Assembly (NCBI GenBank): GCA_963668675.2
Contig: CAXXMB010000001.1
Location: 1,376,001-1,440,000, forward strand
Reading direction: 5' to 3'
Length of the DNA: 64,000 bases
Source of the DNA: an uncultured Desulfatitalea sp.
Lineage (GTDB): Bacteria; Desulfobacterota; Desulfobacteria; Desulfobacterales; Desulfosarcinaceae
The notes beneath the pieces are model-generated. The model worked only from the letters and a program-made list of their open reading frames with translations, did not search any database and was not told where the DNA came from. Below, piece after piece: positions 1-10,152 of the stretch. The translations under genes and the position numbers were made by a program. Each line of letters opens with the position of its first letter. Within the stretch, counting starts at the first letter, position 1.

Positions 1-123
1 ATTTCACCCATGACGTCACCAATTTGGTGTGGATCTCCTGCCGGTTGCCATTTTTTCAACAGTGGTTTTAAGCATATCAACTTTGAAAAGGGATGAACAG
101 CCTCATCTTCGGCCTCGTTTGCG

Positions 124-1527
124 TCAAGCAAGCTGATACATGGTCTTCTTGCGCCACAGGGTCACTCTGGATATGCCAAGTGCCTTGGCAGCTGCGGTCT
201 GGTTCCCCTGGTGAAGATCGAGAGCCTCCATGATCGCTCTTTTTTCCGATTCGATCCTCATCGCTTTGGATTGGCTTGCAGACGGTGTGTACAAATGGCC
301 ATGCAGCGCTCTGGCCTGGACGCTCTGTTGTTTGATTTGATCGGGGAGTGATTCAGGCAGCAGCGTTTTGTCGCGACTCATGGCCAGTGCATGTTCGATC
401 GCATTTTGGAGCTCGCGGATATTGCCAGGCCAATGATAGCTGTAAAGTTGCTTGTGCGCTTCGGGCGAGATCTCGGTGAAGCGTTTGTGCTTCGGCTGTT
501 TTCGGATAAACTGTTCCGCCAGTTTGATGATATCCTCGGGCCGATCGCGAAGAGGAGGGATATCGATCGGTATGACAGATATGCGGTAGTAGAGATCCAG
601 CCTGAAAGCGCCCTCCTCCGCTCTCTTGTGAAGATTCTGATTGGTTGCGCAGATGATACGCAAATCGACCGGATAGCTTCGGTCATCTCCCACAGGCCTG
701 ATCTCGTTCTCCTGCAAGACGCGCAGCAATTTGACCTGCAACCTTTTTTCCATGTCGCCGATCTCGTCTAGGAATAGAGTCCCGCCCTCGGCCTCCTTGA
801 ACAGGCCCGGACGATTGGAAACCGCCCCCGTGAATGCCCCTTTCACATGACCGAACAGTTCCGATTCGAGCAAATCCCCTGGAAGAGCACCGCAATTGAC
901 CGCCACAAAAGGCTTTTTCCGCCGCGAACTTTGAGCGTGGATCGCCCGCGCCGCCACCTCCTTGCCAACCCCTGTCTCACCAGTGATCAGAACGGGTGAA
1001 TCCACTTCCGCACATCGCAAAAGGGTGTAAAACACAGTCTCCATGGCCTTTCCCGTGCCGATCATTTGCGTTTGCAGGGACTCTTGTCTCATTCTGCGAC
1101 GCACATGGAAAAGCTCGCGCTCTATCTCTTCCAAACTCTTTTGGGCGCTGATATCCGAAAGGAGCATATTGAAAGAGACCGGACGCCCGGAGCCGTCTCG
1201 ATTGACCGTGGTGTGAAAAAGCACGGGAATCTTGACTTTGTCTTTGCGACCGTAAACATAAAATTCATACTGGACGGCGGATTCATTCTTATGGAGTTTA
1301 TCGACAGCATCCTTTATAAACTCAGCCTCCTCGGGCTTAACCAGCGTCAGCATGTCGCGCCCGATCAACTTTTCCCTTCGGGCGCCGGTCAGTTCCAGAA
1401 AGGTCTCGTTTACATCCATCAGCACAAAATTGAGATCGACCAACCAATAGCTGATTTTCAAATAGTCCAGCATTCGCTTCATATCGACATAGTCAGGTAT
1501 GGGGATATCGTTCGCTCGACCATTCAT
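124..1527 (-). CDS. PAS-domain sigma-54-dependent transcriptional activator (bEBP, Fis-type HTH)
   Basis: N-terminal PAS-like region ([11 protein letters not shown]), Walker [24 protein letters not shown], Walker [17 protein letters not shown]-terminal [26 protein letters not shown] at 1527 chosen because GGAG lies 8 nt upstream; the ORF extends to a TTG at 1557. Confidence 0.93.
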   Translation of the reverse strand: MNGRANDIPIPDYVDMKRMLDYLKISYWLVDLNFVLMDVNETFLELTGARREKLIGRDMLTLVKPEEAEFIKDAVDKLHKNESAVQYEFYVYGRKDKVKIPVLFHTTVNRDGSGRPVSFNMLLSDISAQKSLEEIERELFHVRRRMRQESLQTQMIGTGKAMETVFYTLLRCAEVDSPVLITGETGVGKEVAARAIHAQSSRRKKPFVAVNCGALPGDLLESELFGHVKGAFTGAVSNRPGLFKEAEGGTLFLDEIGDMEKRLQVKLLRVLQENEIRPVGDDRSYPVDLRIICATNQNLHKRAEEGAFRLDLYYRISVIPIDIPPLRDRPEDIIKLAEQFIRKQPKHKRFTEISPEAHKQLYSYHWPGNIRELQNAIEHALAMSRDKTLLPESLPDQIKQQSVQARALHGHLYTPSASQSKAMRIESEKRAIMEALDLHQGNQTAAAKALGISRVTLWRKKTMYQLA

Positions 1528-1564
1528 AACGCGATCTCCGAGGCAGTTTGTTTCCAATCCCTAA

Positions 1565-1612
1565 TGTTGCAACACTGATTCAACACTATCAGGATTTCTG
1601 CAACAGTGTCAA
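1565..1612. promoter_or_regulatory. Candidate activator-binding sites (UAS) overlapping a sigma-70 promoter of the regulator gene
   Basis: Perfect palindrome TGTTGCAACA at 1565-1574, with further CAACA half-sites at about 1581 and 1601. Minus-strand TTGACA (1612-1607), 18 nt spacer, TAGTGT (1588-1583). Confidence 0.5.
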
Positions 1613-1669
1613 TGGCCTCAAAAGGCCTCAATCTCTAAATTTTCAGCAATTTATATCGTATCAGCTTCT

Positions 1670-1686
1670 TGGGCACGAATCGTGCT
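1670..1686 (+). promoter_or_regulatory. sigma-54 (-24/-12) promoter of the atu-like operon
   Basis: TGGGCACGAATCGTGCT: GG(1672-73)-N10-GC(1684-85) with a GGCACG core, next to a divergent bEBP gene. Confidence 0.75.
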
Positions 1687-1828
1687 GCTTATTGCTGACT
1701 ATGAAGAAAAAAGCGCGAAAGCGCAATAAATCAAGCTCATCACCATTCGCAATACCCCCTTGTCCAATTGCATGCCTGCGCCCTCCGGGGGCATTTTTGA
1801 CTCAGGATCCACCATATGGAGATCTCAC

Positions 1829-3445
1829 ATGAGCATCATCGAAACCAGGATCGACACCCAATCCGATTCGTATCTCGAAAATTTCAAATCCAATACCGAA
1901 CGCTTGGCAGAACTGAGGGCCGAGTTGGACAAAGCTGCCCACCAAAGATCACCAAAGGCGCTGAAACGGCTGCAAGAGACAGGCAAACTGACGGTTGAGA
2001 AGAAGCTGGACCTGCTCCTCGACCGCAATACACCGTTTCTGGAGGTGGCGCCCTTAGCCGCCAAAGGCATGTATGACGGCAAGATACACAAGGCCGGCAT
2101 CGTTGCCGGCATTGGGGTCATCCATGGCAAAGAGGTATTCGTCTCCGCCAATGACGCGAGCATCAAAGGGGGCGCCAGCTATCCCATGACGGTCAAGAAA
2201 GCGTTGCGCTGTCAGACCATCGTCATGGAGAATCGCCTGCCCATGATCAATCTGACAGACGCAGCCGGTGCCTTCCTCCCCCTCCAATCGGAAATATTTC
2301 CGGATATCGATGACGGCGGCCGCACATTTTACAACCAAGCCATGATGTCCAAAATGAAGATCCCCCAGATCACAGCGGTAATGGGATTGTGCACTGCTGG
2401 TGGCGCATATGTGCCGGCCATGAGCGACGAAGTGGTCCATGTGAAAGGGCATGGTGCCATCTTTCTGGGCGGCCCGCCGCTGGTCAAGGCTGCGACCGGA
2501 GAGGAGGTGACGGCGGATGAACTCGGAGGCGCTGAGCTGCACTGCAGCGAATCGGGTGTTTCGGATTACCTTGCCGAGGACGATGCCCATGCCATCGCCA
2601 TCATTCGTGACATCGTCTCCCACCTGCCCGACACTCCCAAAGCGCGGTTGACCGTCAAGGATTCCCGTCCGCCCTTGTATCCGACGGAAGAGATCTACGG
2701 CATCATCCCCAGAGAGATCGCCACGCCGTATGATATCCGTGAGGTGATCGCACGCATCGTAGACGGAAGTGAATTCTTAGAATTTAAAGCATTGTACGGC
2801 CCGACCCTGGTGTGTGGATTTTCCCATATTCACGGCTACCCGGTGGGGATTCTCGCCAACAACGGGATTCTCTTCTCCGAAAGCGCCCTCAAAGGCACCC
2901 AGTTCATCCAGATATGTGACCGGCGCAAAATCCCTTTGGTGTTTCTGCAAAACATCACCGGATTCATCATCGGGCGGGAGTACGAACGCGGCGGCATCAC
3001 CAAAAACGGCCACAAGATGGTCAATGCCGTGGCCACCTGCACGGTCCCCAAGTTCACTGTGATCGTTGGTGCCTCTTTTGGCGCCGGCAACTACGCCATG
3101 TGCGGCCGAGCCTATTCGCCACGATTTTTATGGATGTGGCCCAACTCCCAAATCGGTGTCATGGGCGGCGCTCAGGCGGCTGACGTGCTGATCACCATTC
3201 AGAACGACCAACGCAAAAGAAGCGGACAGCCCCCCTTGAACGACGAGGAAGTGGCCTTCCTGAAAGACCCGGTCATCCAGGCGGCCATCAAAGAGGGGGA
3301 CGCCTACTACAGCACGTCCAATCTGTGGGACGACGGCATTCTCGACCCGGCTAAAACCCGGGATGTGTTGGGACTGGCCATATCGGCCAGCCTGAATGCG
3401 CCCATCCGGGATGATCTTTTTGGCTATGGCACTTTCAGAATGTAG
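1829..3445 (+). CDS. Acyl-CoA carboxylase carboxyltransferase subunit (geranyl-/methylcrotonyl-CoA carboxylase beta, AtuC/LiuB-like)
   Basis: CTAGGAYVPAM, IFLGGPPLVKAATGE, GASFGAGNYAMCGRAY, LWDDGILDP, C-terminal GTFRM; RBS GGAG before ATG 1829. Confidence 0.92.
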   Translation: MSIIETRIDTQSDSYLENFKSNTERLAELRAELDKAAHQRSPKALKRLQETGKLTVEKKLDLLLDRNTPFLEVAPLAAKGMYDGKIHKAGIVAGIGVIHGKEVFVSANDASIKGGASYPMTVKKALRCQTIVMENRLPMINLTDAAGAFLPLQSEIFPDIDDGGRTFYNQAMMSKMKIPQITAVMGLCTAGGAYVPAMSDEVVHVKGHGAIFLGGPPLVKAATGEEVTADELGGAELHCSESGVSDYLAEDDAHAIAIIRDIVSHLPDTPKARLTVKDSRPPLYPTEEIYGIIPREIATPYDIREVIARIVDGSEFLEFKALYGPTLVCGFSHIHGYPVGILANNGILFSESALKGTQFIQICDRRKIPLVFLQNITGFIIGREYERGGITKNGHKMVNAVATCTVPKFTVIVGASFGAGNYAMCGRAYSPRFLWMWPNSQIGVMGGAQAADVLITIQNDQRKRSGQPPLNDEEVAFLKDPVIQAAIKEGDAYYSTSNLWDDGILDPAKTRDVLGLAISASLNAPIRDDLFGYGTFRM

Positions 3446-3463
3446 CAGATGGGGAAGCAAACG

Positions 3464-4954
3464 ATGTTCCAGAAAATCCTTATTGCAAACCGGGGCGAAA
3501 TCGCCGTCCGGATCATGAGAACCTGCCGGGAGATGGGCATCGCCACGGTGGCGGTCTATTCCGACGTCGACGACAGTGCTCTGCATGTTCTAAGTGCGGA
3601 TGAAGCGGTGCACATCGGGCCAGCCGAACCGGCTCAAAGCTATCTGAATATTGAGAAGATTATCGCTGCAGCACAAGCCACGGGCGCTCAGGCGATCCAT
3701 CCGGGATATGGCTTTCTGGCTGAAAACGCCCGATTTGCCAAAGCCTGCGATGAGAACGACATCGTCTTCATCGGCCCGCCGCCTGAGGTGATCGAAAAGT
3801 TGGGCGATAAAATCGTCGCACGCCGAATCATGTCCGATAGCGGTGTACCGGTCACCCCCGGCACCGCCGTCACTTCAAAGGATGATCGCGAATGGTCCCA
3901 TGCGGCAAACCAGCTGGGATACCCGGTTCTTGTTAAAGCCGCTGCCGGCGGCGGCGGCAAAGGGATGCGGATCGTGCACGCAGTGGACGATCTGGTAACC
4001 AGCTGCCGCGCTGCTGCAAGCGAGGCCCAGGCCGCTTTTGGAGACGACACCGTCTATTTGGAGAAGTACCTGGACCGTATCCGCCATGTGGAGATCCAGA
4101 TTTTGTGCGACGCAGAAGGCAATGCCATTCATCTTCTGGAGCGGGAGTGCTCCATCCAGCGCCGGCACCAGAAGATCATCGAGGAGACGCCCTCCACCGC
4201 CTTGTCGGAAGCGCTGCGATCGCGCATGGGTGAGGCCGCGGTAAAGGCGGCCAAGGCATCCGGGTATGTCAACGCCGGAACCGTAGAATTCCTGCTCGAT
4301 CCCCAAGGCGCGTTCTACTTCCTGGAGGTCAACACGCGTCTGCAGGTCGAGCATCCGATCACCGAAATGATCACCGGTATCGATCTGGTGCGGCACCAAA
4401 TCGAAATCGCGGCTGGTCAACCACTGGCACTCTCCCAGGATGAAATCGACGGTCGTGGTCACGCCATCGAGTGCCGGATCTATGCCGAGGACCCTGAAAA
4501 TCAGTTTTTCCCATCACCGGGAAAGATTCAATTTCTCAAGGAGCCCGCCGGGCCTGGCGTCCGAAACGACTGCGGGGTCTATAGCGGTTTTGAAGTGCCG
4601 GTGGAGTACGACCCGATTCTCTCCAAACTCGTCGTGCACGCGGAGACGCGGGAGTTGGCGATCCGCCGGATGATCAGGGCCCTGCAAAACTATGCAATTA
4701 TAGGTGTCAAATCGGCAGTGGGATTTCTGATCGACATTCTCGCATCTGAATCTTTCCAAAAGGGGGAGACCTATACGGATTTTATCCAGGCGAATTTTGC
4801 CCAGTGGGAACAGGCCCATATAGAAAAAGAGGTGGCAGCGGCCGCCTATATAGCAGACACCCTGCTGGCCATCCAAGGTAGCCCCGCATCCACAACACGT
4901 CCAGCGGAAGGCCCGACGCCGCTGTGGCAAGTGCTGGGCAATTGGCGATTGTAA
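3464..4954 (+). CDS. Biotin carboxylase subunit (AtuF/LiuD/AccC-like, no fused BCCP)
   Basis: KILIANRGEIA, IHPGYGFLAEN, GGGGKGMR, ERECSIQRRHQK, LEVNTRLQVEHP; alternative start at 3449. Confidence 0.93.
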   Translation: MFQKILIANRGEIAVRIMRTCREMGIATVAVYSDVDDSALHVLSADEAVHIGPAEPAQSYLNIEKIIAAAQATGAQAIHPGYGFLAENARFAKACDENDIVFIGPPPEVIEKLGDKIVARRIMSDSGVPVTPGTAVTSKDDREWSHAANQLGYPVLVKAAAGGGGKGMRIVHAVDDLVTSCRAAASEAQAAFGDDTVYLEKYLDRIRHVEIQILCDAEGNAIHLLERECSIQRRHQKIIEETPSTALSEALRSRMGEAAVKAAKASGYVNAGTVEFLLDPQGAFYFLEVNTRLQVEHPITEMITGIDLVRHQIEIAAGQPLALSQDEIDGRGHAIECRIYAEDPENQFFPSPGKIQFLKEPAGPGVRNDCGVYSGFEVPVEYDPILSKLVVHAETRELAIRRMIRALQNYAIIGVKSAVGFLIDILASESFQKGETYTDFIQANFAQWEQAHIEKEVAAAAYIADTLLAIQGSPASTTRPAEGPTPLWQVLGNWRL

Positions 4955-5003
4955 CAGATGATCTTAGGCTGCATGAATTGATACAAACCGGGGATAATCA
5001 GAA

Positions 5004-5519
5004 ATGGAATACCGTTTAAAAATCGGCGAGGAGATCCTCCCGGTGCAGTGCGGGACTCCCGACAACGGACGCTTTACAGCCGTTATCGATGGAAATGAAA
5101 TCCAAATTATCGCAAGAAGAATATCTTCGCACCAGATGCAACTCGTATTGAACGGTAGAACTGTCACTGTCTTCGTGAATGGCGAAGCAGACGCCAAGGA
5201 GTTGTTTGTCGACGGGAAGAGATGCACCGTAGCAGATGCGGATCTTCTGGAACAGCGGGCTGCCGCTGGAGGCCGGTCCACCGAAAGCACGCCAACTGAT
5301 GTTGCCCCTCCCATGCCTGCGGTGGTCATGAGCGTACTGGTCTCTGAAGGAGATCGGGTCGAACCTTCACAGCCGCTGATCGTTGTCGCGGCCATGAAAA
5401 TGGAGACGACGTTAAGCGCTCCTTATGCAGGCGTCGTCTCCAAGATTCATGTCAAAGAGGGTGACAAAGTCGCAGCCAAACAGACGTTGTTGGACATCGA
5501 GAAATCCGACGCCGAATGA
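5004..5519 (+). CDS. Biotin carboxyl carrier protein with N-terminal beta-rich (BT-like) domain
   Basis: AMKM biotinylation motif preceded by APPMPAVV. Confidence 0.9.
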   Translation: MEYRLKIGEEILPVQCGTPDNGRFTAVIDGNEIQIIARRISSHQMQLVLNGRTVTVFVNGEADAKELFVDGKRCTVADADLLEQRAAAGGRSTESTPTDVAPPMPAVVMSVLVSEGDRVEPSQPLIVVAAMKMETTLSAPYAGVVSKIHVKEGDKVAAKQTLLDIEKSDAE

Positions 5520-5570
5520 CATAACAGGCCCGCTCGGGCAGCACCAAAAGAGGATAAGGAAAAACCGCTT

Positions 5571-6341
5571 ATGAACACTCCTGACCTGCTGTACAGTGTG
5601 GAAAACAATGTCGCCTGGGTCACCATCAACCGGGAAGCCCAACGCAATACCATCAGCGCTCAGGTAGTGGCTCTTTTTATGGACTATCTGGACCGTGCCC
5701 ATGCTGATGAAAATGTGCGGGTGGTCGCCGTCACCGGTGCCGGCCCCAAGGCGTTTTGTGCCGGTGCGGACCTGGGAAGTGCCATGGCATCGGATGGCGG
5801 CGACGCCTTTCAGGATTATGCGGACCTGCTCAAACGGTTGACCGGCTTTCCCAAACCCACCCTGGCCAGGGTCAATGGCCACTGTTTGGCCGGTGGAACC
5901 GGCCTGATGCTGGCTTGCGACATTGTCATCGCTGCGGATTCGGCGATCTTCGGTACGCCCGAAGTGAACGTGGGCCTGTTCCCCATGATGATCGGTGCGC
6001 TGATTTTCCGTCATGTCCCCCGCAAGAAAGCGATGGAGATGGCGCTCTTGGGAGAGCGCCTGACCGCATCGCAGGCGCTGGAGATGGGATTGGTGACAAG
6101 GGTTGTATCTTCCGCGGATATCGACGATACGGTCGACTCGGTGTTGAAGCAACTGACAGCCAAAAGTCCCATCGGCTTGCGCATCGGCAAAGAGGCCTTC
6201 CACCAGGTTCAGGATATGCCCTTCGCCGAGGCACTGGATCATCTGGCCAAAAAGATTGCCGAGGTAGCCGCCACGCAAGATGCGCGGGAAGGTATCACAG
6301 CCTTTTTGGAAAAGCGTCCGCCTCAATTCAAAGGGAAGTAA
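5571..6341 (+). CDS. Crotonase-family hydratase (isohexenylglutaconyl-/methylglutaconyl-CoA hydratase, AtuE/LiuC-like)
   Basis: AFCAGADL, LAGGTGL (first catalytic Glu replaced, as in glutaconyl-type hydratases), FGTPEV, AFLEKRPP; operon context. Confidence 0.85.
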   Translation: MNTPDLLYSVENNVAWVTINREAQRNTISAQVVALFMDYLDRAHADENVRVVAVTGAGPKAFCAGADLGSAMASDGGDAFQDYADLLKRLTGFPKPTLARVNGHCLAGGTGLMLACDIVIAADSAIFGTPEVNVGLFPMMIGALIFRHVPRKKAMEMALLGERLTASQALEMGLVTRVVSSADIDDTVDSVLKQLTAKSPIGLRIGKEAFHQVQDMPFAEALDHLAKKIAEVAATQDAREGITAFLEKRPPQFKGK

Positions 6342-6347
6342 AGAGCA

Positions 6348-8159
6348 ATGGAAACAAAGACGAACGACGCCAAGCACAAAGACAAACTGATCATCGCCAA
6401 CTGCTCCGGCTTTTTCGGCGATCGCATTGCGGCGGCCAAAGAGATGGTGAACGGGGGGCCCATCGATGTTCTGACCGGGGACTACCTGGCCGAGCTGACC
6501 ATGGCCATCTTGTTTCAGAAAAAACTCAAAAACCCCGAGGCCGGCTATGTGCCAACCTTCCTCAAGCAGATGGAGGAGGTGATGGGAACGTGTCTGGATA
6601 AAGACATCCGCGTGGTGACCAATGCCGGCGGCCTTAATCCTGCGGGCATGGCCATAGCGCTTGAGCGGATGGCAGAGAGACTGGGCCTCTCCCCCAGAAT
6701 CGCCTATATCGACGGCGACGACCTCATGCCGCGCCTGGCCGAACTCCAGAAAAATGGCGAAGAGCTGAACCATATGGACAAGGGCGTTGGCTTGAAGGCC
6801 GCCGGCGCCGTGCCGATCACTGCCAATGCCTACCTTGGTGGTTGGGGTATTTCAAAAGCCCTGTCCCGTGGGGCGGATATCGTGGTTTGCGGCAGGGTGG
6901 CCGATGCCGCCCTGGTCGCCGGTCCGGCGGCGTGGCATTTCGACTGGGAACGGCATGACTGGGATGCATTGGCCGGCGCCTATGCTGCCGGCCATATCAT
7001 CGAATGCGGCACCCAGGCCACCGGCGGCAATTACTCTTTCATCGAAGAGGTACCCTCATATAGAAATGTCGGCTTCCCCATCGCTGAGGTTCATGAGGAC
7101 GGCAGCTTTGTCATCACCAAGCATCCGGGTACAGGCGGGCTGGTTTCGGTTGGAACGGTCACGGCCCAACTGCTCTACGAAATCAGCGAACCAAGCTATT
7201 TGACCCCGGATGTGACCGTGCGTTTCGACACACTGCATCTGGAACAGATCGCTCCGGACCGGGTCCGGGCCACGGGCACCAGGGGCGCGCCCTCTCCGCA
7301 AACCACGAAGGTGTGCATCAATACGCTGGGCGGGCACAAAAATGCCATGACGGTGATCCTCACCGGCCTTGACATCGATAAAAAGGCCGAGATCGTTACG
7401 GAGAGCCTGTTTGACAGTCTGGGCGGACGCGATCAGTTCCAAAAAGTCGACGTGCAGCTGATCCGTTCGGACAAGCCCGATCCCAAAACCAATGACGAAG
7501 CCTTTGCCTATTTAAGGATCACGGTCATGGACCCGGACGCCAACAAAGCCGGCAAGCTCTTTTCCGCCAAGGTGGTGGAGATGGCTCTGGCCAACATCCC
7601 AGGCTTTACGGTCACAGCGCCGCCTTCGTCAGGTTCCCCCGCAGTGGTCCACTGGCCTGCGCTGGTTTCCGCCAGAGAGATCACCCAGCACCTGCATATG
7701 GATGGGGAGACCATCACCATCCAAACGACGACTCCGGACTCGGATGCAACGACACCTGAACCGGTCACCCACGAGCCCCCGGCCGTTCCTGGCGGCAAAC
7801 GCATTGAAGTCCCGCTTGGCCTTGCCTTTGCCACCCGTGCCGGCGACAAGGGCGGCAACGCCAATCTCGGCATATGGGCCCAAACCGTCGAGGCGTATGC
7901 TTTTTTAAGACACTTTCTCACGACGGACAGACTCAAGACGCTGCTCCCGGACTGCGCCCCCTTTGTTATCGATCGGTATGAACTGCCCAACCTTCTGGCG
8001 GTCAACTTTTTCATCCACGGGCTATTGGGAGAAGGCGCGGCAGCTTCGGTGCGCAGCGACCCTCAGGCCAAAACGCTGGGCGAATACTTGCGGTGCAAAG
8101 TCGTTGAGATGCCCGAATCGATTCTTGTCCACACCCACCAGAGAGGTGATGCCGAATGA
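6348..8159 (+). CDS. atuA: Acyclic terpene utilization AtuA family protein (DUF1446)
   Basis: IANCSGFFGDR, GDYLAELTM, ANAYLGGWGI, GHIIECGTQATGGNY, QLLYEI, RAGDKG, DPQAKTLGE. Confidence 0.88.
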   Translation: METKTNDAKHKDKLIIANCSGFFGDRIAAAKEMVNGGPIDVLTGDYLAELTMAILFQKKLKNPEAGYVPTFLKQMEEVMGTCLDKDIRVVTNAGGLNPAGMAIALERMAERLGLSPRIAYIDGDDLMPRLAELQKNGEELNHMDKGVGLKAAGAVPITANAYLGGWGISKALSRGADIVVCGRVADAALVAGPAAWHFDWERHDWDALAGAYAAGHIIECGTQATGGNYSFIEEVPSYRNVGFPIAEVHEDGSFVITKHPGTGGLVSVGTVTAQLLYEISEPSYLTPDVTVRFDTLHLEQIAPDRVRATGTRGAPSPQTTKVCINTLGGHKNAMTVILTGLDIDKKAEIVTESLFDSLGGRDQFQKVDVQLIRSDKPDPKTNDEAFAYLRITVMDPDANKAGKLFSAKVVEMALANIPGFTVTAPPSSGSPAVVHWPALVSAREITQHLHMDGETITIQTTTPDSDATTPEPVTHEPPAVPGGKRIEVPLGLAFATRAGDKGGNANLGIWAQTVEAYAFLRHFLTTDRLKTLLPDCAPFVIDRYELPNLLAVNFFIHGLLGEGAAASVRSDPQAKTLGEYLRCKVVEMPESILVHTHQRGDAE

Positions 8160-8959
8160 AAGCAATCTGCTCGGATCTCAAATGGGAACAGGAGACCCTC
8201 GATGCGCTGGTCAGCGAAATATCCCCCCTGGCCTGGGAACTGCTTACGCCAGGAGGAGAGTGGACGGTCAAGGATCAGATCTGCCACCTGGCTTATTTCG
8301 ACCATACGGCGAGGCTTTCGGCCACCGATGCCGAAGCCTTCAATGAACACGTGGTGGAAATCGTCGGCCAAGCCACCAGCATGGAGGAGATATCACGCCT
8401 CACACTGGCCAAAGGGCGTGCAATGGGGGTCGACGAACTGATCGACTGGTGGCGCGGCGAGCGGCAGCAGTTGATCGAGGCCCTCTCCGGCCTCGATCCC
8501 AAGCAGCGCCTGCCGTGGTACGGTCCGCCGATGAGCGCCCGCTCCTTTGCCACTGCGCGACTCATGGAGACTTGGGCCCACGGCCAGGATGTCTACGATA
8601 TCCTGAAAAAGAGGCGACCCGCCAGTCCCGGCCTCAAGCATATCGCCCACTTGGGCGTCACCACCTTTGGCTGGAGCTTTTCCAATCGCGGTTTGGAGAT
8701 ACCCGAAACGCCAGTGCGCGTCGAACTGACCGCCCCCTCCGGCGACATCTGGAGATGGGGAGATGAGACGACCGAAGCATCGATCACGGGACCGGCAGAG
8801 GCGTTTTGTCTGGTGGTGACCCAGCGGCGACATATCGATGACACAGCCCTTACGGCTACAGGTGATATCGCGCGCCAGTGGATGCGTGTCGCCCAGGCCT
8901 TTGCCGGCCCGCCAACCACGGGCCCGGCACCCGGAGAGCGTCTGGTTGAGATTATTTGA
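8156..8959 (+). CDS. TIGR03084-like DinB/maleylpyruvate-isomerase superfamily metal-binding protein
   Basis: WTVKDQICHL, PWYGPPMSARSFATARLMETWAHGQD, FCLVVTQRRH, AQAFAGPP; start overlaps the atuA stop (ATGA). Confidence 0.82.
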   Translation: MKAICSDLKWEQETLDALVSEISPLAWELLTPGGEWTVKDQICHLAYFDHTARLSATDAEAFNEHVVEIVGQATSMEEISRLTLAKGRAMGVDELIDWWRGERQQLIEALSGLDPKQRLPWYGPPMSARSFATARLMETWAHGQDVYDILKKRRPASPGLKHIAHLGVTTFGWSFSNRGLEIPETPVRVELTAPSGDIWRWGDETTEASITGPAEAFCLVVTQRRHIDDTALTATGDIARQWMRVAQAFAGPPTTGPAPGERLVEII

Positions 8960-8986
8960 CACAATACACCCCTATGGAGTTTCTCG

Positions 8987-10138
8987 ATGAGCAAGCATCT
9001 TTACTTCACCAAAGAACACGATCAGGTTCGCAAGGCGATCCGGGATTTCGTAAACCAACGGATCACCCCTTTTGTGGACGAGTGGGAAGAAAAAGGCACC
9101 GCACCACTGCACGAGCTGTTCAAAGAGATGGGCACCCTCGGTTTTCTGGGCATCCGCTACGATCCGAAATATGGCGGGGAGGGGCTCGACTACTGGTATG
9201 AGACGATCATGCTGGAGGAGTGCGCCCATATCCCTTGCGGCGGCATCCCCATGGCCATTGCGGTGCAGACCAACATGGCCACACCAGCCATCGCGGAGTT
9301 CGGCAGTGACTACCTGAAGGAGACCTATCTGAAAGGCGCCATCAAGGGAGATATGGTAGGCGCCATCGCCGTGACCGAACCGGATGCCGGTTCCGATGTC
9401 GCGGCCTTGAAGACCTATGCCAGGCGAGACGGAGATGATTATCTGCTGAACGGATCCAAAACCTACATCACCAACGGCACCCAGGCGGATTTCCTCACGC
9501 TGCTGGCCCGCACCAGTGACGATGCCGGATATCACGCATTCAGCCTATTTGTGGTTCCCACTGACCTGCCGGGCTTTCAGGTGAGTCGCAAATTGGACAA
9601 ACTCGGCATGCGCAGCAGCGATACGGCCGAACTCTATTTTGACAATTTGCGCCTTCCAAAAGAGAATCTGATCGGCGCCGAAGGCGAAGGCTTCATCTAT
9701 CAGATGAAGCAGTTTCAGCACGAACGCTTTTCGGCCCTGCCCATGTGCTACATCGGTGCCGAAGACATCATCCGGGAGACCGTGGACTATTTGAGGGGCC
9801 GTATCGTTTTCGGCAAACCGTTGATTAAAAAACAGGTGCTGCGCCATCGGTTGGTGGACTGGCTGAGCGAAAACGAATCCCTGCGCCAGCTCGCATACCA
9901 TATCGTGCGCATGAAGATGGCCGGGCAGGACGCCACCCGGGAAATCTCCATGGGCAAACTGATCGGCGGCAGTCTCTTAAACAGAGTAGCAGACGGTTGC
10001 CTGCAGATGCACGGCGGAATGGGCTTCATGAATGAGATGCGCATTTCGCGGGCTTTCCGGGACGCCCGATTGATCTCCATCGGCGGTGGTGCCAGCGAAG
10101 TGATGAGCGATATTATTGCCAAACTCGAAGGGTTTTAA
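8987..10138 (+). CDS. Acyl-CoA dehydrogenase (citronellyl-CoA dehydrogenase AtuD/LCAD type)
   Basis: AVTEPDAGSD, NGSKTYITNG, KLGMRSSDT, FQHER, ISIGGGASEVM. Confidence 0.9.
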   Translation: MSKHLYFTKEHDQVRKAIRDFVNQRITPFVDEWEEKGTAPLHELFKEMGTLGFLGIRYDPKYGGEGLDYWYETIMLEECAHIPCGGIPMAIAVQTNMATPAIAEFGSDYLKETYLKGAIKGDMVGAIAVTEPDAGSDVAALKTYARRDGDDYLLNGSKTYITNGTQADFLTLLARTSDDAGYHAFSLFVVPTDLPGFQVSRKLDKLGMRSSDTAELYFDNLRLPKENLIGAEGEGFIYQMKQFQHERFSALPMCYIGAEDIIRETVDYLRGRIVFGKPLIKKQVLRHRLVDWLSENESLRQLAYHIVRMKMAGQDATREISMGKLIGGSLLNRVADGCLQMHGGMGFMNEMRISRAFRDARLISIGGGASEVMSDIIAKLEGF

Positions 10139-10152
10139 TCCAACTGCCAAGG

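Noticed and set aside
1..71. Possible 3' end of an upstream plus-strand CDS (FTHDVTNLVWISCRLPFFQQWF-stop)
   Set aside because: Too short to identify or to choose a frame
5412..6773. 453-aa minus-strand ORF (and the 281-aa alternative-frame ORF at 5756-6601)
   Set aside because: Shadows of the hydratase and atuA genes; no motifs; expected with GC-rich codon usage
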